IMG/VR virus record: IMGVR_UViG_3300046777_001793
Span: 1 to 64,000 of that record
Length of the DNA stretch: 64,000 nt
Source: a virus
Reading direction: 5' to 3' (one strand)
Shown here: in pieces, positions 51,844 to 60,382 of the stretch
Position numbering within the stretch: position 1 is the first letter of the stretch
How the letters are laid out: every line of letters starts with the position of its first letter
Translations under genes and position numbers: made by a program
The notes under the pieces: generated by a model
Told to the model about the DNA's origin: nothing
The model's input: the letters and a program-made list of their open reading frames with translations, nothing else
Databases searched by the model: none

Positions 51844-51872
51844 AAAAAAAAGCACCCCATTTGGAGTGCTTT
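51844..51872 (-). terminator. Intrinsic terminator
   Basis: AAAGCAC...GTGCTTT with T-tract on the minus strand. Confidence 0.75.
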
Positions 51873-51894
51873 AACTTTTGACATATTGATTGAT

Positions 51895-52188
51895 TTATTT
51901 TAATCTCTTATTGTTACCTTTTCCGTTTCTTGCTCTGTTGCTTGATGCTTTTTCACTTACAAGTTTTCCAGATTTTGTATGAGATTTATCTTTGCCATCT
52001 CCATTACCATAAGTTCCATCTTTACGGTTTGCTTTATTCAAAGATTCTCTGTAGTTTTTTCTTTCTTCAGTAGAGTGATATGCTTTATTGTAAGCATTCT
52101 TTTTAGCTCTTGCTTCAGGATTTTCTTGAAAATATTTTGCAGACTTTGAATTACCTTTCTTAGAACCTGCCAATCCGTTTCTAGCCAT
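51895..52188 (-). CDS. Small basic HNH-like protein
   Basis: GDGKDKSH...E.ASSNRARN resembles a minimal HNH-type motif. Confidence 0.45.
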   Translation of the reverse strand: MARNGLAGSKKGNSKSAKYFQENPEARAKKNAYNKAYHSTEERKNYRESLNKANRKDGTYGNGDGKDKSHTKSGKLVSEKASSNRARNGKGNNKRLK

Positions 52189-52790
52189 TAGTCATTCCAT
52201 TCTTGAAGTAAACAATATGTAACTGATTTTTGATCCTTAAAGAACTTATTAATTGTTTGATTAAACTTTTGTACATCAGGTACAACCTGACATCCAGCAG
52301 ACCAACCATTAATATCTTCAGGAACATAAGTGGATTTAGAATCAAAAGAAACTGTGTGAAAATTAATACCTTTCCATTGAAACGTATTTAATGGTCCAAT
52401 TTCTTCAGCTTTATTATCTCTATCTCCATCTCTATATCCAAGGAATTTACCAATTTGAAGTAATGCTGGCATTTTTTTCAAATGCATTCCATATCTCCAA
52501 ACTCCATAGTACCACTCATTAGCTTTAATGACAGCAGCACCAACTTTGTTGTATTTTAGAAAACCACCTTTTAAAATTGGAACACCTGGATTTGTAGTTC
52601 CATGAAGAAGTGTAACAAATTGCTCACCACAAAAAATATAAAACTTATCATCATATTTATTTGGAGCATCTTCATTAGATCTAACACCAACTATCCAATA
52701 GTTTGATGGTAAAGCCTGAAAAGAAGGTAAAGATTTAACTCTATCTAATATTTCAGTATTTGTATATGTTCTTACACTAGTTTTGCTCAT
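52188..52790 (-). CDS. Endolysin candidate (L,D-transpeptidase-like Cys/His peptidase)
   Basis: IVGVR...YDD, TTNPG, GINFH and WSAGCQV motifs; next to holin-like genes. Confidence 0.65.
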   Translation of the reverse strand: MSKTSVRTYTNTEILDRVKSLPSFQALPSNYWIVGVRSNEDAPNKYDDKFYIFCGEQFVTLLHGTTNPGVPILKGGFLKYNKVGAAVIKANEWYYGVWRYGMHLKKMPALLQIGKFLGYRDGDRDNKAEEIGPLNTFQWKGINFHTVSFDSKSTYVPEDINGWSAGCQVVPDVQKFNQTINKFFKDQKSVTYCLLQEWND

Positions 52791-53004
52791 TGCTAAATCC
52801 GTCTTCAACTGTTAATTGACTAATTGCTGCTATTGTACCACCTATTGTTGCTAAATATCCTGATGCTGTAACAATAACAGCTGGAAGTGCTACTGGTGAA
52901 GCCATAATTGCCGCAGAAACACCTGCTGCAACTAAACCTATACTTTGAACCTTTTTCCAAAACTTTGGTGTTGGAGAACTGATTCTTTCTAATAATTTTT
53001 TCAT
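52777..53004 (-). CDS. Holin-like membrane protein
   Basis: Two hydrophobic helices and PTPKFWKK; overlaps the lysin start. Confidence 0.65.
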   Translation of the reverse strand: MKKLLERISSPTPKFWKKVQSIGLVAAGVSAAIMASPVALPAVIVTASGYLATIGGTIAAISQLTVEDGFSNEQN

Positions 53005-53036
53005 AGCTTATTTGTTTTTTGTAAAAGTAGCAAAAT

Positions 53037-53060
53037 AAAAAATCCTCTCAAAAGAGAGGA
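53037..53060 (-). terminator. Intrinsic terminator
   Basis: TCCTCTC-TTTT-GAGAGGA-TTTTTT on the minus strand. Confidence 0.75.
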
Positions 53061-53068
53061 CTAATTAT

Positions 53069-53548
53069 TTATTTATTCTTTAATGTGGATAAAAATGAAT
53101 CCGAGATTTTTATGAATGAGTTCCTCAAATACTTTAAGAACTGTGTGATAATGTCATAGTCTTCAACATCTTTCTTAGTTCTTATAGCTATTGAGTTACT
53201 TATTATACTTATTGTTTCACTACATATTAAAATTTTAATAGAGATATTTACAAGTAATTTGAAGTCATAACCTAAACCTTTTCCTGTTAATGCAACAACC
53301 ATTGGAATTAAAATAAATGTAATCTTTGCCAGAAAACCTAAAAGTAAAATCTTAAATTTAAATTGACGGTAATCAATTCTAAAGGTTTTTACTGTACCAA
53401 AAAGTGTATCAATACACATTAAGGTTGCTAAGATTGTAATTGCTTCTATATCTATTTTTAGATACATAAACATTCCATATAAGAACATTTTTAATTCATT
53501 TGTTGATTTCATTATTATATTAAACATTTTAAATAGTTTAGGTTTCAT
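53069..53548 (-). CDS. Phage holin (holin-4-like)
   Basis: Three TM segments; IDTLFG...K and ETISIISN motifs. Confidence 0.7.
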   Translation of the reverse strand: MKPKLFKMFNIIMKSTNELKMFLYGMFMYLKIDIEAITILATLMCIDTLFGTVKTFRIDYRQFKFKILLLGFLAKITFILIPMVVALTGKGLGYDFKLLVNISIKILICSETISIISNSIAIRTKKDVEDYDIITQFLKYLRNSFIKISDSFLSTLKNK

Positions 53549-53551
53549 AAT

Positions 53552-54040
53552 TTACAATGTTTGATAATTTCTTAACTTACACCAATTAAACAAATCTTCA
53601 GGTGACATTTTGAAATAATCAGGAATCTCATAAACCCAAGCTACAAATTCAGAACAATACATTTTTTCTTCTTTATTTCCTGCTTCTTTCCAGTTACCTG
53701 TTAATAATTTCCAGGGTTGTCTAATTAATAGACTTTCTAAATCATAAGCAGTATGTCCAACTTTTGATAAAGCTCTTTTTGATATAACCTCACCATCTTC
53801 TTTAGTCAAAAGCGGATTTCTATTTATGATGTAAAAATACTTATATTTTTTTTGCCATTCTTCAAATGGTCTGACATTTACTCCGTCTTTTTGCGCATCA
53901 ATAATATAAGGTTGCCCCCATATTTCAATATACAATGCTGTATGAGAAACTTTAGATTTAGTAAAAAGTTTTATCAGTTTACTAATCAATCTGTTTCCAC
54001 TACAATGTAGTATATCTCCAGGTTTTAATATTGTTTCCAT
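53552..54040 (-). CDS. YiiX/YebB-like permuted papain/NlpC-P60 hydrolase
   Basis: LKPGDIL, SHTALY, YD, MYCSEFV and SPEDL motifs. Confidence 0.85.
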   Translation of the reverse strand: METILKPGDILHCSGNRLISKLIKLFTKSKVSHTALYIEIWGQPYIIDAQKDGVNVRPFEEWQKKYKYFYIINRNPLLTKEDGEVISKRALSKVGHTAYDLESLLIRQPWKLLTGNWKEAGNKEEKMYCSEFVAWVYEIPDYFKMSPEDLFNWCKLRNYQTL

Positions 54041-54041
54041 T

Positions 54042-54284
54042 TTATAATTCGTATAAATTTTTTATTTCACTACTTACACTTTCTAATTGATTAAATTTCT
54101 CAAATAATATTGGTGTCATTAATTCAATTCTTTGAGCTATTTGTGAATCTACATCTGATTTATTTTCTAAACTACAATTAGAAGCAATAAAATCTTCTAT
54201 TTCTGGATCACTTGGTCTTAAACTTAAATTTATAAAACCGTTTTCATCTATATAATGTGTTGAAGTTAATATAAATTTTTTCAT
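54042..54284 (-). CDS. Hypothetical protein
   Basis: Coupled ORF. Confidence 0.6.
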   Translation of the reverse strand: MKKFILTSTHYIDENGFINLSLRPSDPEIEDFIASNCSLENKSDVDSQIAQRIELMTPILFEKFNQLESVSSEIKNLYEL

Positions 54285-54295
54285 GCATTTAAGTT

Positions 54296-55915
54296 TTAAA
54301 AGTTATAAACACCAAGAATTTTAACATCAAATCTTCCTGAAGAAGATACACCACCACCACCTGTACCCATAGATCTACCAGCTTGATAAGCAAGTAATGT
54401 TGAAGCATCTGGTAAGTTTGTAGTAATAGTTCCTTCAGCAATAGCTCCTGTTTCTCTATTAATTACAGAATATTTAACTTCAGATGAACCTGGAGCATTA
54501 TAAAACCTTACATAATACATAGTTGTTGAAACAGCTCCTGATGTTCTATTAGCAGGAAAACCAGAACCTAAATCAATTTTAGTTGCTGTTCCTGATGCAT
54601 CATTATGCATTATTTGCAAGTTGGCATCACCTGAATCATTTGCTAAAGCAATAATATTTGTTAATGCAGAAGGTTGTAAATTACTTATAGTACCTATAGC
54701 TAGGTTTGTTACTGATGAAGTTAATCCCCAAAAATTATGAGCACCTACTGCATAATTTGTATCTGCTATACCAAATTCACCTACAAATAAAAATCCTGCT
54801 GTGATTGACCATAATGCTGCTGATGTTCTCATACAACAATAGTTTCCTGTTCCAGTAACAGATGGCTCAAAACGCATTGTTATTTGTCTTGTCCTAAAGT
54901 TTGTAACAGCAACTGTGTTTGCACCTTGAGTACCTGAAAGGTTATTTGTGATACCACCTAATGTATCTATAGTTGTAGAGTTAGCTCTAAAAGTAACACC
55001 TCTAAAAACTTCATTACCTGTTAAATCAGGGATTAAACTTTGAGAACTTGCTGGTGCTATTGGAATATTTAAAGTATCATCAATTAATGTTGCTGCACCA
55101 GTTCCTTCAGTAGTAAGTGTAAGTAATGATGAAATTTTTGCATGTTTCCAAAGATTGTCTGCGGTATCTCTATAGAGTACACCTTTGTTAATATAAGTAG
55201 GTAATGATACATCATGTAATTCATCAAGTTCATAACCATTTTGAACTTTAACAAATATTTCACCGTTGTTTACATTTACTCTAGTTACAACACCAAGATA
55301 AACTAAATGTGCTGGAGCAACAGGTTTATTTGCTAAACCGTAAATTAAATTACCATCTATACCTAACCAAACCGGATCATTTACTTGAGCTAAAGAAGTG
55401 TCTAAACCTTCAAGTCTTCCTTCAGTAATAACTTTTCCAATTCCATTTAAAGCAAGGTCTTGAAAAAGTAAACCTAATGTTTTACTTGATGTTGCTTCAC
55501 TAGCATTACTAGCTTTAGCAACAATTACATTTGTTCCATCTGAACCAGATACATAAACAGCCTGACCTTTAGAAATTGCAACACCTGCTTTTACAGTTTG
55601 TTGGATTTTTTCTGAAGGTAATGTTTCAGGTTTATTTAAAATAAGTGCATCACCTGAAACTGCATTCCAATCTGATTGAACATTTGCTTCAGCTCCTTCT
55701 TGTATTCCAGTTAATTTAGTTTTTTCTGCTGCAGAAAATAAACCTGCGTTTGTACTGTCAGCTAATAAAATAGTTGCATCACTTCCTGAATCTGAAGTAA
55801 TAACTCCATTTGATATACCTGGAACAAATGCTAAGTTAGCACCACCCCCAGCACCACCAGAAGGTGCTTCATAATAGTCTAACTTTCCTGTATGTGGGTT
55901 GTACTTGTAAGGCAT
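54296..55915 (-). CDS. Fibre-like structural protein (539 aa)
   Basis: EKTKLTGIQEGAEANVQSDW...ILNKP, ISKGQAVYVSG and YELDELHDV fibre motifs; lectin-like C-terminus. Confidence 0.6.
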   Translation of the reverse strand: MPYKYNPHTGKLDYYEAPSGGAGGGANLAFVPGISNGVITSDSGSDATILLADSTNAGLFSAAEKTKLTGIQEGAEANVQSDWNAVSGDALILNKPETLPSEKIQQTVKAGVAISKGQAVYVSGSDGTNVIVAKASNASEATSSKTLGLLFQDLALNGIGKVITEGRLEGLDTSLAQVNDPVWLGIDGNLIYGLANKPVAPAHLVYLGVVTRVNVNNGEIFVKVQNGYELDELHDVSLPTYINKGVLYRDTADNLWKHAKISSLLTLTTEGTGAATLIDDTLNIPIAPASSQSLIPDLTGNEVFRGVTFRANSTTIDTLGGITNNLSGTQGANTVAVTNFRTRQITMRFEPSVTGTGNYCCMRTSAALWSITAGFLFVGEFGIADTNYAVGAHNFWGLTSSVTNLAIGTISNLQPSALTNIIALANDSGDANLQIMHNDASGTATKIDLGSGFPANRTSGAVSTTMYYVRFYNAPGSSEVKYSVINRETGAIAEGTITTNLPDASTLLAYQAGRSMGTGGGGVSSSGRFDVKILGVYNF

Positions 55916-55917
55916 AA

Positions 55918-56163
55918 TTATTGAATTGTAATTTTTGTAACTCTTGATCCATCTACTAATGGATTTTCATATTCTATATTTTCAATTACAGAACCTTTTC
56001 TTGTATCAGCACAATAATGTTTAATTTGAGTAACATTAGTTGTTGTTCCACCATACGTAAATTCTCTAACGTATCCTGGTGAATTTTGTATTTCTATAAG
56101 CTTTGAGTTTCCTTTACCCAAAAGCATTAATAAATTTGTCTGAAATGATCTATCAAAAAACAT
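55918..56163 (-). CDS. Hypothetical protein
   Basis: First gene after an AT-rich gap. Confidence 0.6.
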   Translation of the reverse strand: MFFDRSFQTNLLMLLGKGNSKLIEIQNSPGYVREFTYGGTTTNVTQIKHYCADTRKGSVIENIEYENPLVDGSRVTKITIQ

Positions 56164-56206
56164 AATCTTTGTGTTTACTTAATAATATACAAAAAAATAT
56201 TGGAAT

Positions 56207-56240
56207 AAAAAAACCCCTACCAAAGGTAAGGGCTTTTTTT
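56207..56240. terminator. Intrinsic terminator (possibly bidirectional)
   Basis: A7-CCCCTACC-AAA-GGTAAGGGC-T7. Confidence 0.7.
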
Positions 56241-56521
56241 TAATAGATTGCAATCACATCAGATTCTTTGGCGACATAGTAAATTTTACCATTCATGTCA
56301 AAGGTATCACAGTAACTTAACTGCTTTGGTGTGATAAGGACTTTATCTCCTACTTTTACTTTCTCAACATCTACTCCTGTAAAAGCTACAGGTAATTCAG
56401 AGAATTTTTTTACAATCTCATCTTCAAGTTGTTTTTTTGCTTCTGGCAATAACTCAATTCCTGAAGGTCTTTCTTCAATCACAGGTCTTTCAATAATGAC
56501 CAATTTTCCTAAAAATTTCAT
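56240..56521 (-). CDS. groES: Co-chaperonin GroES-like protein
   Basis: SGIELL mobile loop, VKVGDKVL, ESDVIAI. Confidence 0.85.
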   Translation of the reverse strand: MKFLGKLVIIERPVIEERPSGIELLPEAKKQLEDEIVKKFSELPVAFTGVDVEKVKVGDKVLITPKQLSYCDTFDMNGKIYYVAKESDVIAIY

Positions 56522-56524
56522 TTC

Positions 56525-56791
56525 TTAATATTTAAGAGTTAATACTTTAACTACACTCATTTGTGCATTTAACACTTCACCGATCGCATGATTATAAAGT
56601 GTATCTGCTAATGGAGAAGCACCCAGATTTTTTGCTCTGTACTCTTGTTCCAAAAGATCTGCTGCTTTAGCAAATAATATTTTTGCTTGTGCTACTTTAT
56701 CATCTGCTGAAGGATTAAAATTTAATCCTACCAATTGCTCTCCAAACGTTAGAGATCTTACTTCTACTTCCATTTTACCTTCTACTACCAT
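56525..56791 (-). CDS. Acb2/Tad1-hairpin-like protein (putative cyclic-nucleotide sponge)
   Basis: TFGEQLVGLNFNPS..DKV..AK...A...AQMSVVKVLT two-helix hairpin pattern. Confidence 0.55.
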   Translation of the reverse strand: MVVEGKMEVEVRSLTFGEQLVGLNFNPSADDKVAQAKILFAKAADLLEQEYRAKNLGASPLADTLYNHAIGEVLNAQMSVVKVLTLKY

Positions 56792-56792
56792 C

Positions 56793-56888
56793 TTACTTAG
56801 ATTTTGTGATTTTTGTTTTTACTATTACTAAATGCTGAAGCCATCCTTTTAAAGCTTCAATCTTTGCTTTGTTTCCTGTTTTACTCAT
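56793..56888 (-). CDS. 31-aa peptide (not in ORF track)
   Basis: MSKTGNKAKIEALKGWLQHLVIVKTKITKSK fills the gap exactly, with 1-nt spacers on both sides. Confidence 0.6.
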   Translation of the reverse strand: MSKTGNKAKIEALKGWLQHLVIVKTKITKSK

Positions 56889-56889
56889 G

Positions 56890-57507
56890 TTATTTGATTT
56901 TTGATAAGTTACGTAATCTTTCCAAAACATCTTGGCCATTGTGGCCATCAAAAGGATATTTTGCTTTTTCTTCTACAGGTATTTGGAATAAATCCCAATC
57001 TTCTTCTTTGTAGTGATTGGTTATCATTCCATCTGGTAACATTGCTACTACAATAAACCATCCGCCACCAAAACATTCTTTTCCATCATGATGTTTCCAT
57101 GACTTATGAACATCATATTTGCAATGATTATATGGTTGCCCTGTGTTTTTCCATTTTGGATTCCACAATTTATTTGCAGCCCACTCATTGAACAATGCAG
57201 CATTGTACATTTTTCTGAAATCATACAACTCATTGTATGTATGGTATCCATCAGAAAATTCTCCAATCTCTGCTTCAGTTGCATAAGTCATTTCAAAGAT
57301 GTCTGGTTTGCATGCGTAAAACTCACCCTTTACCCCTTTTATAACATAATCTTCAAGACTTGCTCTCATGCTACCTTCCAATGTATGAATAAACAATGCA
57401 TCACCTTGGAACTCAATATCATTTCCTGCAAATGCTCTAATTTCATTTGCATTTAATCCTGTCCATTGAACAGCTTCTATTACTACTGGTTTCTTTGCGT
57501 ATTTCAT
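56890..57507 (-). CDS. Two-domain protein: PGDYG-like N-domain fused to an SDGYHT/WDGH-like C-domain
   Basis: [11 protein letters not shown]...TLEG...[15 protein letters not shown], then [11 protein letters not shown]...HKSWKHHDG...GWFIV...ITNHY...FDGH; ATG at 57507, 1 nt after the tad1 stop. Confidence 0.7.
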   Translation of the reverse strand: MKYAKKPVVIEAVQWTGLNANEIRAFAGNDIEFQGDALFIHTLEGSMRASLEDYVIKGVKGEFYACKPDIFEMTYATEAEIGEFSDGYHTYNELYDFRKMYNAALFNEWAANKLWNPKWKNTGQPYNHCKYDVHKSWKHHDGKECFGGGWFIVVAMLPDGMITNHYKEEDWDLFQIPVEEKAKYPFDGHNGQDVLERLRNLSKIK

Positions 57508-57508
57508 A

Positions 57509-57862
57509 CTACTTTTCATTTTTACCTTCAACTTGTCTTCTCTGTCTATCCTTAGTTCTTGCATCTTGCCAATGAATTGCTTCTTCAATCTTTGTGATTG
57601 ATAAAGCATTTTCTCTACAAGGAAAAGCTTCATTTAGACTTTGAAATAAACATTTAACATATTTCAACATGTCTAATGCTTGACAACCATTTACACCCAC
57701 TTCAGAAATAGGATCTGATTGAATTGTAAATTTCACTACTGGTGCAACACCTTTTACATCTTCTGCATTTTCAATTTGAATAAAATTTATTAAATGCATC
57801 TCTTGTGATGTGCTATCCATTTCTCTTTCAAGAAGATTTCTTGCTTTTTCTACGTGCCTCAT
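57509..57862 (-). CDS. tad1: Tad1-like Thoeris anti-defence (signal sponge) protein
   Basis: [36 protein letters not shown]-terminal signature of the Tad1 family. Confidence 0.8.
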   Translation of the reverse strand: MRHVEKARNLLEREMDSTSQEMHLINFIQIENAEDVKGVAPVVKFTIQSDPISEVGVNGCQALDMLKYVKCLFQSLNEAFPCRENALSITKIEEAIHWQDARTKDRQRRQVEGKNEK

Positions 57863-58251
57863 TATTTATTTCTTTTTCTGTAAGACTTCAAGATTGCTAA
57901 GTAGTTGATTGCATCATCAATAGTATCATCTACCGCTTCATCTTTTACCATTCCCTCTTTATCTAACAATGTAGATATGCGTGACATTTTATCCATTAAT
58001 CTCACCAAAATTCCACGTTCAACCGGAACACCAGCAATTGTAGAATTTCTAAAGTTTGCATAAGGATCTTTGTTACTACCCCCATAGTCATGATTTTTTC
58101 TTACTGCTGTAGCAAGACAATCAGAAAAGGTTTTTTCCATGTCATGAAGTAATGGGTTTACTTCTAACTTCTTAAGAGTTACAGGTCCGCAAACAGCTCC
58201 AACCTTTGCTTCAATTTCTGCAAGTTCTTTTAACACTTTTTCTTCAGCCAT
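57862..58251 (-). CDS. Nucleotide-modification-associated domain 1 (DUF1599, MazG-like) protein
   Basis: KNHDYG...ANF...GILVRLMDKMSR...DDTIDDAINYLAI. Confidence 0.8.
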   Translation of the reverse strand: MAEEKVLKELAEIEAKVGAVCGPVTLKKLEVNPLLHDMEKTFSDCLATAVRKNHDYGGSNKDPYANFRNSTIAGVPVERGILVRLMDKMSRISTLLDKEGMVKDEAVDDTIDDAINYLAILKSYRKRNK

Positions 58252-58253
58252 AT

Positions 58254-58685
58254 TTATTTTATTAATTGGTTACTTTTTAATATTTCACATACTTGCTCAA
58301 AAATCCATTCAGTCAAGTATGCTTCAAACTCTACTTCTACCTTATTCAGAAAGAAGATTCTTCTTATGTGTTGCATTATGTGTACAATCTCATGAACCAA
58401 TGTTTTTAAAATATTATCATCAATCTTTCTAATCACCAATGACAAATAATAATTACCTTCTTCAGTCTGATAATATTCTACATAAGCATCTGTGTAAATC
58501 TTTACATCATCATATCCATCAAATACCTCATTGACTAATTTATGCATATCCTTATCAAAATGTTTGCGTAAACTTTTCATATTTTTTACGCCACATATAA
58601 ACAAGAACTCTTGATTAATCAAAGGTATCTTGATAGACTCAACTATCTCATTTGATTTTGTAGAATTTCCCAAGGATGTTTGCAT
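58254..58685 (-). CDS. Zincin-like metallopeptidase
   Basis: LVHEIVH (HExxH) plus downstream E..AY; start uncertain. Confidence 0.7.
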   Translation of the reverse strand: MQTSLGNSTKSNEIVESIKIPLINQEFLFICGVKNMKSLRKHFDKDMHKLVNEVFDGYDDVKIYTDAYVEYYQTEEGNYYLSLVIRKIDDNILKTLVHEIVHIMQHIRRIFFLNKVEVEFEAYLTEWIFEQVCEILKSNQLIK

Positions 58686-59070
58686 TTAAAAATTCATCAC
58701 TCTCCAATACACCATAAGCAAATTGATATTTACACTCCATGTAAGTCAACTCTGTTGCAGAGAAACAGATATGTAACATATCACGCTTTAGCACAATACC
58801 ATCTTTATGGGCTTGTTTCAATATCTCATTACTACTGAAATAATTTTGATAAGCAGCTTTTTTCTGAATAGTGTATTTTTTCAAACGCTTGTCTGTTACA
58901 GCAGCCAATTCCCTTTTACCCATCTTCTTTTTTGTCTGTGAATAAAAGTTCTTCTTACCAATATATCTCACAGACTTTCCATCAACAATACCACTTATCT
59001 CATAGATAAATCCTACTGCATTATCTGGAATGTCACTATCCTTAAACTCTTTACCTTGATACAACCACAT
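58648..59070 (-). CDS. GIY-YIG family nuclease
   Basis: GFIYEI...RYIGKK, YFSS, ELTYME, FLNANI. Confidence 0.8.
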   Translation of the reverse strand: MWLYQGKEFKDSDIPDNAVGFIYEISGIVDGKSVRYIGKKNFYSQTKKKMGKRELAAVTDKRLKKYTIQKKAAYQNYFSSNEILKQAHKDGIVLKRDMLHICFSATELTYMECKYQFAYGVLESDEFLNANILGKFYKIK

Positions 59071-59218
59071 AAATAAGAATTATTATAATTAATACTACTA
59101 TGAACAAAAAAGGAACAAGACATCCACCATGAACTCTACCCTCATAATCATCCCAATCATCCAATCCCTGTATATAAACCTCATTGTATTTAAAATCTGT
59201 GTTTTGCTCTTCTGCCAT
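59051..59218 (-). CDS. 55-aa single-pass membrane protein (not in ORF track)
   Basis: MAEEQNTDFKYNEVYIQGLDDWDDYEGRVHGGCLVPFLFIVVLIIIILIYVVVSR. Confidence 0.55.
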   Translation of the reverse strand: MAEEQNTDFKYNEVYIQGLDDWDDYEGRVHGGCLVPFLFIVVLIIIILIYVVVSR

Positions 59219-59435
59219 AATTTAATGTTTGTTTACTAAATGCGTGTGTTGTACTAAAGTGATGTGCTGAAACAACAAAGTCATGTGGATTTTTGTATCT
59301 CTTTTCCACTCTTTGTCCAACTGCAACCTCTACAAACTTTGGAAAAAACTGATTAAGTTCTACTCCTATGCAATACGTTCCTATAAAAAGTTTCTTCTTG
59401 CACATATCACTAAATACAGTAATTGCTCTAATCAT
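59190..59435 (-). CDS. Hypothetical protein (81 aa)
   Basis: ATG overlaps the upstream TGA (TGATG coupling). Confidence 0.55.
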   Translation of the reverse strand: MIRAITVFSDMCKKKLFIGTYCIGVELNQFFPKFVEVAVGQRVEKRYKNPHDFVVSAHHFSTTHAFSKQTLNYGRRAKHRF

Positions 59436-59614
59436 CAGCTCCCACAATTTAAACAACCCTCATCATCATCTTCTTCCGGATGAGTTTCAATTCTAGGATT
59501 TAGAATTTTTTTCAACTCATAAATCTCCTGTTGTATATCTCCATCCTGGAAAATATCACCAGTCAATTGCGTTCTCAATTCCGCAATCTTTGCTTTGATT
59601 TCATTTTCTTCCAT
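59435..59614 (-). CDS. Small protein ending in acidic-CxxCGS
   Basis: MEENEIKAKIAEL...LTGDIF...DDDEGCLNCGS; ATG at 59614. Confidence 0.7.
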   Translation of the reverse strand: MEENEIKAKIAELRTQLTGDIFQDGDIQQEIYELKKILNPRIETHPEEDDDEGCLNCGS

Positions 59615-59744
59615 ACTTTCTAGCTCTTTGTACTTTTTTAAACATTCTCTTACCTTCCTTTTCCATCTTGTGTTTCTTATACTCAAACTCATTCATTGGA
59701 GCACATGCTGAAATAAAAAGAAACAATATCATTACTCTATACAT
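59601..59744 (-). CDS. 47-aa lipoprotein (not in ORF track)
   Basis: MYRVMILFLFISAC lipobox followed by a basic tail. Confidence 0.55.
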   Translation of the reverse strand: MYRVMILFLFISACAPMNEFEYKKHKMEKEGKRMFKKVQRARKYGRK

Positions 59745-60253
59745 TCCTTCTTTTTAAATTTTTCAAACACATCAAACACCTTATTCTCAAAAACCTTTCT
59801 CTTTCTTGACAAAAATGGATTCAGCATATAACACACACGCACCTCACCATAAATCCTACCCTTAATCTGATATAACACCCCAGCAGAAACCAAACGTGTA
59901 ATCAACTTCATAAACATGCTCTTTGATGAAATCTCTAAATACTTTTGTAGAGATTCATTTGTATGAGGTATAGTATTATTAAATACAATGTTCAAAGGAG
60001 TCTTTGTAACAACACTCATCTTAATCACATTTGCAAGATCACTATTGTTCAACAACTTTGTTAATTCCAATAAAGCTTCAGTTTCTAATACAGCATAATC
60101 ATTAGAAGTAATCATACTCATACCAGTTTCCTTACTCACATTAACTCCTTCAGGAACTTCAGCCAATACCTTAACCTCACCTGTAACCTCATCTACATAA
60201 GATTCCAAATCTAACTCCACGTTACTCTTTAAGGACTTTACTTTAGCACTCAT
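59732..60253 (-). CDS. RepL-like winged-helix replication/maintenance protein
   Basis: YVDEVTGE N-terminus, LQKYLEISSKS...LITRLVSAGVL HTH and YMLNP wing motif. Confidence 0.65.
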   Translation of the reverse strand: MSAKVKSLKSNVELDLESYVDEVTGEVKVLAEVPEGVNVSKETGMSMITSNDYAVLETEALLELTKLLNNSDLANVIKMSVVTKTPLNIVFNNTIPHTNESLQKYLEISSKSMFMKLITRLVSAGVLYQIKGRIYGEVRVCYMLNPFLSRKRKVFENKVFDVFEKFKKKECIE

Positions 60254-60282
60254 CTGTCATTTCATTTACAGGACAAATATAA

Positions 60283-60382
60283 CTAAAAATAACACTTTTG
60301 TGCTAAAAATAACACTTTATTTTTTACCCAGGTGCTAAAAATAACACCTGTGAGCCTTGTGAGGTGCTAAAAATAACACCTG
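60283..60382. repeat. Four direct repeats CTAAAAATAACAC (iteron/operator-like)
   Basis: Cores start at 60283, 60303, 60335 and 60367; three copies extend to GTGCTAAAAATAACAC. Confidence 0.9.

Noticed and set aside
103-59483. Plus-strand ORFs of 60-180 aa in the ORF track across the late block
   Set aside because: Antisense shadows of long minus-strand genes with Ser/Leu/Phe-biased composition and no motifs
1-60253. Genome-wide TAG or TGA reassignment as in some crAss-like phages
   Set aside because: Long ORFs are intact in the standard code; TAG (1276, 57509) and TGA (59435) act as coupled stops; only one in-frame TGA was seen
60283-60382. Possible CRISPR mini-array
   Set aside because: Repeats are only 13-22 bp with 7-19 bp gaps between cores, and there are no cas genes; fits iterons or operators better
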